NCBI GenBank assembly: GCA_951406725.2
Contig: OX597818.1
Span: 100,068,001-100,132,000, forward strand
DNA from: Octopus vulgaris
Lineage: Eukaryota
Direction of reading: 5' to 3'
Length of the DNA: 64,000 nt
The translations under genes were made by a program, and so were the position numbers. The notes under the pieces are model-generated. The model was not told the DNA's origin. It ran no database searches and saw nothing but the letters and a program-made list of their open reading frames with translations. Position 1 is the first letter of the stretch; each line of letters begins with the position of its first letter. Positions 58,361-64,000 of the stretch are shown here, piece by piece.

Positions 58361-58958
58361 ATGATGATGATCATCATCATCATTTCCATTTCACGTCTCA
58401 GAGCTCTTGATTTCATTTAATTCTGTAAGAGCGGGCAACCACCTGTTGTCAAGGATCTCTTTGACAGGGTCCTTTTTCCACGATACTTAACATCGAAGTA
58501 ACACTTTTGAAATTCCTCGCTATTCCCCACTGAAGCATTATCTTTCTGAGCATGTTCTACTCACGTGTCAATCCCAATTTCTCCAATAAATGTCTCAAAT
58601 TTGGTCGGTAATAATGCCGGTCGCCCTACAACTACTGGGATGATAGTTAATTTTTTCACTACCCAGATTCGTGCAATCTCATCATCGCTGGTGCTTCTCA
58701 ATCATTTCCACTCCGTTGTCCCACATTTGTACATCCCTAGGTATGTGTGTGTGTGTTGCATGCATCTATGTATGCATGTATGTATTTTTATTGTTATAAT
58801 TCTTTGCAAATTCAACCTCGACATTGTTCTTTTTTGTCGGATTTATTCAATTTCAATTATTCAATTTGATCGAAAGATTTGTATAATCTTGGTTCCCGTC
58901 ATCATTTTGTCAACTACGTCAATGTCTAATCTCTGAGTATTAGTCACTGGATCACAAT
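58361..58958 (-). mobile_element. R4/Dong-type LINE 3' fragment (RLE domain) interrupted by a ~150-bp insert
   Basis: Minus strand CDPVTNTQRLDIDVVDK..TKII (58884-58955), then DEIARIWVVKKLTIIPVVVG..FIGEIGID.*VEHAQK and a (GAT)n tail. Confidence 0.75.
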
Positions 58959-59120
58959 GGGATCGATCAGGCACCGGACAAGGATTCTGGATTATTTTTC
59001 CCTTTTTTTTTTACTTAATTCTTGAGAGCGTTCGGGTTCATTTTTAGTATTCTCATTTGTGAGAGCAGTCAGGTTTATTTCAGATATTCACATTTTAAAA
59101 ATCCTCTCTGGCTAATCGTT
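58959..59120 (+). mobile_element. Internal fragment of the Helentron-type element
   Basis: Reverse complement of ~34590-34750. Confidence 0.8.
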
Positions 59121-59165
59121 GAGAGCACGTTCGTGTTGCATTTTCAGAGGTTTCTGCTTTCAGAG

Positions 59166-59267
59166 GTTTTTGCTCAATAAACACTCACAACGCCCGGTCT
59201 GGGAATCGAAATCGCGAGCCTACGACCGCGAGGAGTCCGCTGCTGTAACCACTGGGCCATTGCGCCT

Positions 59268-59269
<2 letters not shown>
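59166..59269 (-). mobile_element. Family B SINE head
   Basis: GGGAATCGAAA..CCACTGGGCCATTGCGCCTCC. Confidence 0.88.
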
Positions 59270-59343
<74 letters not shown>

Positions 59344-59437
59344 GCACATACACATACACACAATTGTTATGTTCGGTCTATTATTTTCTAGCTTCTTGTC
59401 CGTTTGATTAGTTAAGTCCCACGGAATATATATATAT

Positions 59438-59533
<96 letters not shown>

Positions 59534-61175
59534 TGTGTATGTGTGTGTTAATGCGATTGCATTAATAGGCCACATACCAAAGCGAGATGATGTGTGAAAT
59601 ATTTCAATCATATGCATGCATTTTAAAGAGAGATACTAGGGTTATTTGAACTCTGAAGTCAGGTGTATAGGGTTACATATATCAAGGCATAACACCGGTT
59701 CTTCATTTTCCGTTCCTCTCACACCAATGTTGTACAACTAATATAAGTTCACTGCCAATAGCAGTCTCAATAAATATCCAATACATGACTCTACGCTCCA
59801 CTTTTATTATTCTGAACTTGCTACAACTGAAAATGTGTTTATTTATTTAGTTGTTTTTCTTCTTCCATGATTTTTCATTACTTGTCATGACGAATTGAAT
59901 GCCATTGATCTTCACTTTGGGTCCTTTCTTCAAATATCTCAATTTATTCGATTGTTTGATGTTGCTGTTGTTATTACTATTGGTATTTGTTTTTGCAATA
60001 GTTTATAGTTTTTCTTTTGTTTCATGCTGTTGATATTTTGTAGTAGTGAAGCGATGCATGTAATGTTATGGCTATTGTATTTCAGATGTCTTTAACTGCA
60101 GAGGTTTTGTGCTTAGAACGATGTCGTTTCTATCCTTTGACATGGTATCTTGACTAGGTCTTTATATTGATGATTTTTAATGTTCAACTACATGAATAAG
60201 ACAACCACATGCAAACATCGACCAGAAATATCATTCCATTTATTTTCTTATTTTAACATTTTTTTGTCAATCTTTTGTTGTAAGATTTATAACTTAGAAT
60301 TTGTAACTTTATTTTTGCTTTTCCTTTGTTGAGTGAGAATTAACTATGAATTTGATCAATTCTAACGATTACAAAGTTCTTTGCCTAATGCAATACTGTG
60401 GCTTACTTTGATGTCGATGTTGGTGGTATTGTGGCTGACAGAAGTGATATGATGTCAGTTCCTATATTTTTAGCTTCGCTGCATTTAATTTCATAGCTGT
60501 AGCTCTGTTCTGTTATTTGTTACTGTACATTCCGAGAAGATGCATTTGCGGTTGGCCAACGTCGTTGTGATTTCTGTTGACGATGATGAAACGCTTGATC
60601 TAGGTAGTGTTTAGACTGTAGTAGTGTTGCATTTAGTGGTGATGGAACACTAATCGTGATAGAAAAATATCGTTTGAAATGAAGAGGATCATATAATGAA
60701 GAACACCAATCTAAATGGAAGTAAATATTACTCTAATAAATAAAACTAGAAACGTTGTTTTCTGAGAACAATAACTGAAACGACTTTCAACTAAGAAGTC
60801 TTACTGTAATTTCGGTTGACTTGTCTTCTGTGGCATTTTCTTTCTTGAATACGCACTGTCATATATGCGGAAGCCTTTACGTTCTCACGAAATATTGTTT
60901 AACTAACATCCTCCGCTCTTTAAATGCAAAAAGAAGTAAAATCTAGATAATGAAATCCTCGATATTCAAAATAATAGCGATTTTTTCCGGATCAAATGCA
61001 TTTACGTATCTCAACAAATTGATGGATCATTGGATAAAGAAGAACAACAAGAACATAATCGAACGCGTTTTATTTAACTGATATTACTTCACAATATTAT
61101 CTGTGACTCCCTACTTGCCCATCATCCTTTCCCTTATATATATACGTACATAAAAACATATGTGCGTGTGTGTAT

Positions 61176-61242
<67 letters not shown>

Positions 61243-61304
61243 ATTAGATAGATAGTTATAGGTATACGTATATTGATGTCACATACATACGCATGTATGT
61301 GACA

Positions 61305-61342
<38 letters not shown>

Positions 61343-62452
61343 TTGATCTATATGGCATTATTTTTCTTTCCCTTTCTGAAAAAAAATTCTGTTTTTATAT
61401 ACCTCGCTTCATGCATTGAAAAAAATTCTCTATTTCACTTGTTTTTATTTGATTTTCACTTTCTTTCACACACTCTCTCTCTGTCTCTGTCTCTCTGTCT
61501 CTCTTTCTCTCACCCTCTTCTGATCTCTGATTTTCCCTAACTAATGATTCGTCTCAATGTGTTGTTCAGCCTCTCTTCTATATAACAAATTCCTCTCCAC
61601 TCTTATTTTATCTCTTACTCGCTTCTTGCACTATTATTCCTCACCCTCCTCTTTCTCTCTCTACCTCACACTCTCATATATTATGATTTCCCTCGCATAT
61701 TTCTTTAAGTATTTCCTCTTGGATACTCTTTTACTGTTTATCATGTTACCTTTGCCTTCTGTTTGCATTCTTTCTATTTTCCATGCAATTTTCATCAACA
61801 TACTTCTAGAAACTCTTCCCAATTTTTCAAATACGCTGCAATATCTCTTTCTCATTTCTTTTCTCCAAACATCTAACAAATACCAACTTATCCCTATTTA
61901 CTCCTGCCTGTGTATTTATCTTCTTTTACTCACACACCATTAGACCAATTTCAAATTATTGATGGAACAAAGTTTGAAGAAATGTACAGAAATTATTCCC
62001 AAAGATAAAACACAAACAGAAACACACGCAGGAACGTACATAAATATTTATTTAGATATTTTTGCCAATGATTATAGACGTACTGATGTGAGAGGGGCAA
62101 GGTGGTGGTGGTGCTGTATTGTAGCTAAAACATAAAACATTTTCCTATAATTGGAATCTAAGAAATACGGTGAAAATATTCTTTTGATAATAACCCATAA
62201 ATATTTTTCTTTGATTATTGTATATTGTTAGGAACCGATATATCAGTAAACAATTCCATCATTGAACGTTTTAAAATCCAGATTTCAGTGAATGGCAAAG
62301 ATATCAATAGCAAAAATACATAGATAAATATATAAATAAATAACATAAACATTGGATTTGAAAGGAACCGCGTTTCAAGCATTTCTTTCGAGTTCTGAAA
62401 ATTTTAACATCTATCTACACACCCACCTTGCGTGCATGCATGTACGACTGTA

Positions 62453-62502
<50 letters not shown>

Positions 62503-62945
62503 AGAGAGAGAGAGAGAGCTATATATATATATAGTATGAATGTATGAATGCTTGCAAATATATATATATGTATATATATTTGCAAGCATTCATATATTCA
62601 TACTATATATATTTAGATACATATATGTATATACGTATATATTTGTATTTATATATATATGTGTGTGTATGTATGCATGTTTGTATGTGTTTAGTCACGA
62701 GCAAGCGTGTATCTGTATGCGTATCTGCCGTGAGAGATGTAATTACACTTTCAAATCAACATTTATATTCATCATTTGCTCCGACGTGTCCTGCTTCACA
62801 ATTTTCAATTTCATTTTTGATACACTCAAAAATATTAATTTTCCTTCGATATATTACCTTAATTAAGAAAAGTGTTCAATGGAGAATACAGCAAGCCATC
62901 ATTCACCACACCAACTTACACATACAAGCATAAATGTACACACAG

Positions 62946-62992
<47 letters not shown>

Positions 62993-63055
62993 CTTATATA
63001 CATACACACACACGGATATATATACGCACATGCATACACACACATACATATATAG

Positions 63056-63100
<45 letters not shown>

Positions 63101-63189
63101 CTGTGTCGATTCAGAGAATTGTATGACTATAACAGGAACCTCTTCTATTAAACTCGGCTAGAAATCCATATAGTAACCCGATATAACTG

Positions 63190-63265
63190 ACATCAGCCCT
63201 AGTGTTCAATTGGTACTTACTTTATCGACCTTCTATGCTCGATAAAGGTCAAGTCAACTAAGGAG
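63190..63265 (-). mobile_element. Degraded family A SINE fragment
   Basis: GGTACTTACTTTATCGACC..AAAGGTCAAGTCAAC. Confidence 0.5.
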
Positions 63266-64000
63266 GTCATAAAATCCTCTTCTTTGCAACTATTAATTAT
63301 GTTTCAAGTGATCAATGTCATCGTCAGAAAAAAAAAACGCGATTTGAAGAATTGGATGACGTGACAAAGAATATGGAGTGTACTGGAACAAAGACCGCGA
63401 GAGCTATATCTTTAGTCACAGCTAATCCTCAATACAAGAAAAGCTAGGACCTTGATTTCTTTTACAACACAAAGATTTTCAGGTTTCTTTTAAGAATAGG
63501 TCTTTTAACAATAATCAAAATGAATTCCAATGAAAGAAAAAATTGTAATTTAACCTCAGAAAAGGAAATTAAAAAATAAAATGCTTTTTGTGTTGTAAAT
63601 TCATAATTTTATACTATATATACATTGGTGATGTGTGGAAAATTCACAGACACTGCCCACCCACACACACCAACAAAATGAATCTAACTTCTTTTATAGA
63701 CAAGAAGTTGTAAGAATACAGTTCAATTTAAACAGATTGTAATCAGAATTTCAACGTAAATTATATTGATTTGCAATCTACTTGAGATCCTTATCATATT
63801 CCGTTGAAGTAGGCGAACTATGTTTAATTAGCATGAATATTTATTCCTTGAAACCATACTACCGTTATCATTGGTCTGAACACAATGCTTTGAAATGAAC
63901 ACATATATTAATTTATACGAATACGCATATGTATATACATACATACATACATACAATATATGTATATATCTATATATCTATATCTATAGTTATCTATCTA

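Overview
This is AT-rich eukaryotic non-coding DNA dense in microsatellites. The three tRNA-headed SINE families, R4/Dong-, RTE- and Penelope-type relics and kilobase (TA)n/(CA)n tracts match what is known of coleoid cephalopods (most likely Octopus); this is an inference from repeat content, not a database result. I found no intact host gene, and nearly all ORF-track entries are translations of microsatellites or SINEs. Supported features: about 20 SINE copies, a cluster of R4/Dong-clade LINE fragments at (TAA)n tracts, a GC-rich RTE endonuclease fragment, two Penelope GIY-YIG relics, a deleted mariner, a pogo/Tc2-type MITE, Helentron-type non-autonomous elements and two fold-backs. The most notable signal is a set of unrelated short non-coding elements that end in (TA)n and carry minimal type-I hammerhead ribozyme folds with palindromic stem III. 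Two have canonical cores (29500-29572, 8732-8789) and a three-copy family has a variant core. Also notable are a decayed intronless ~190-codon ORF of unrecognised family (6067-6639, minus) and an inverted templated insertion inside a LINE relic (58741-58894).
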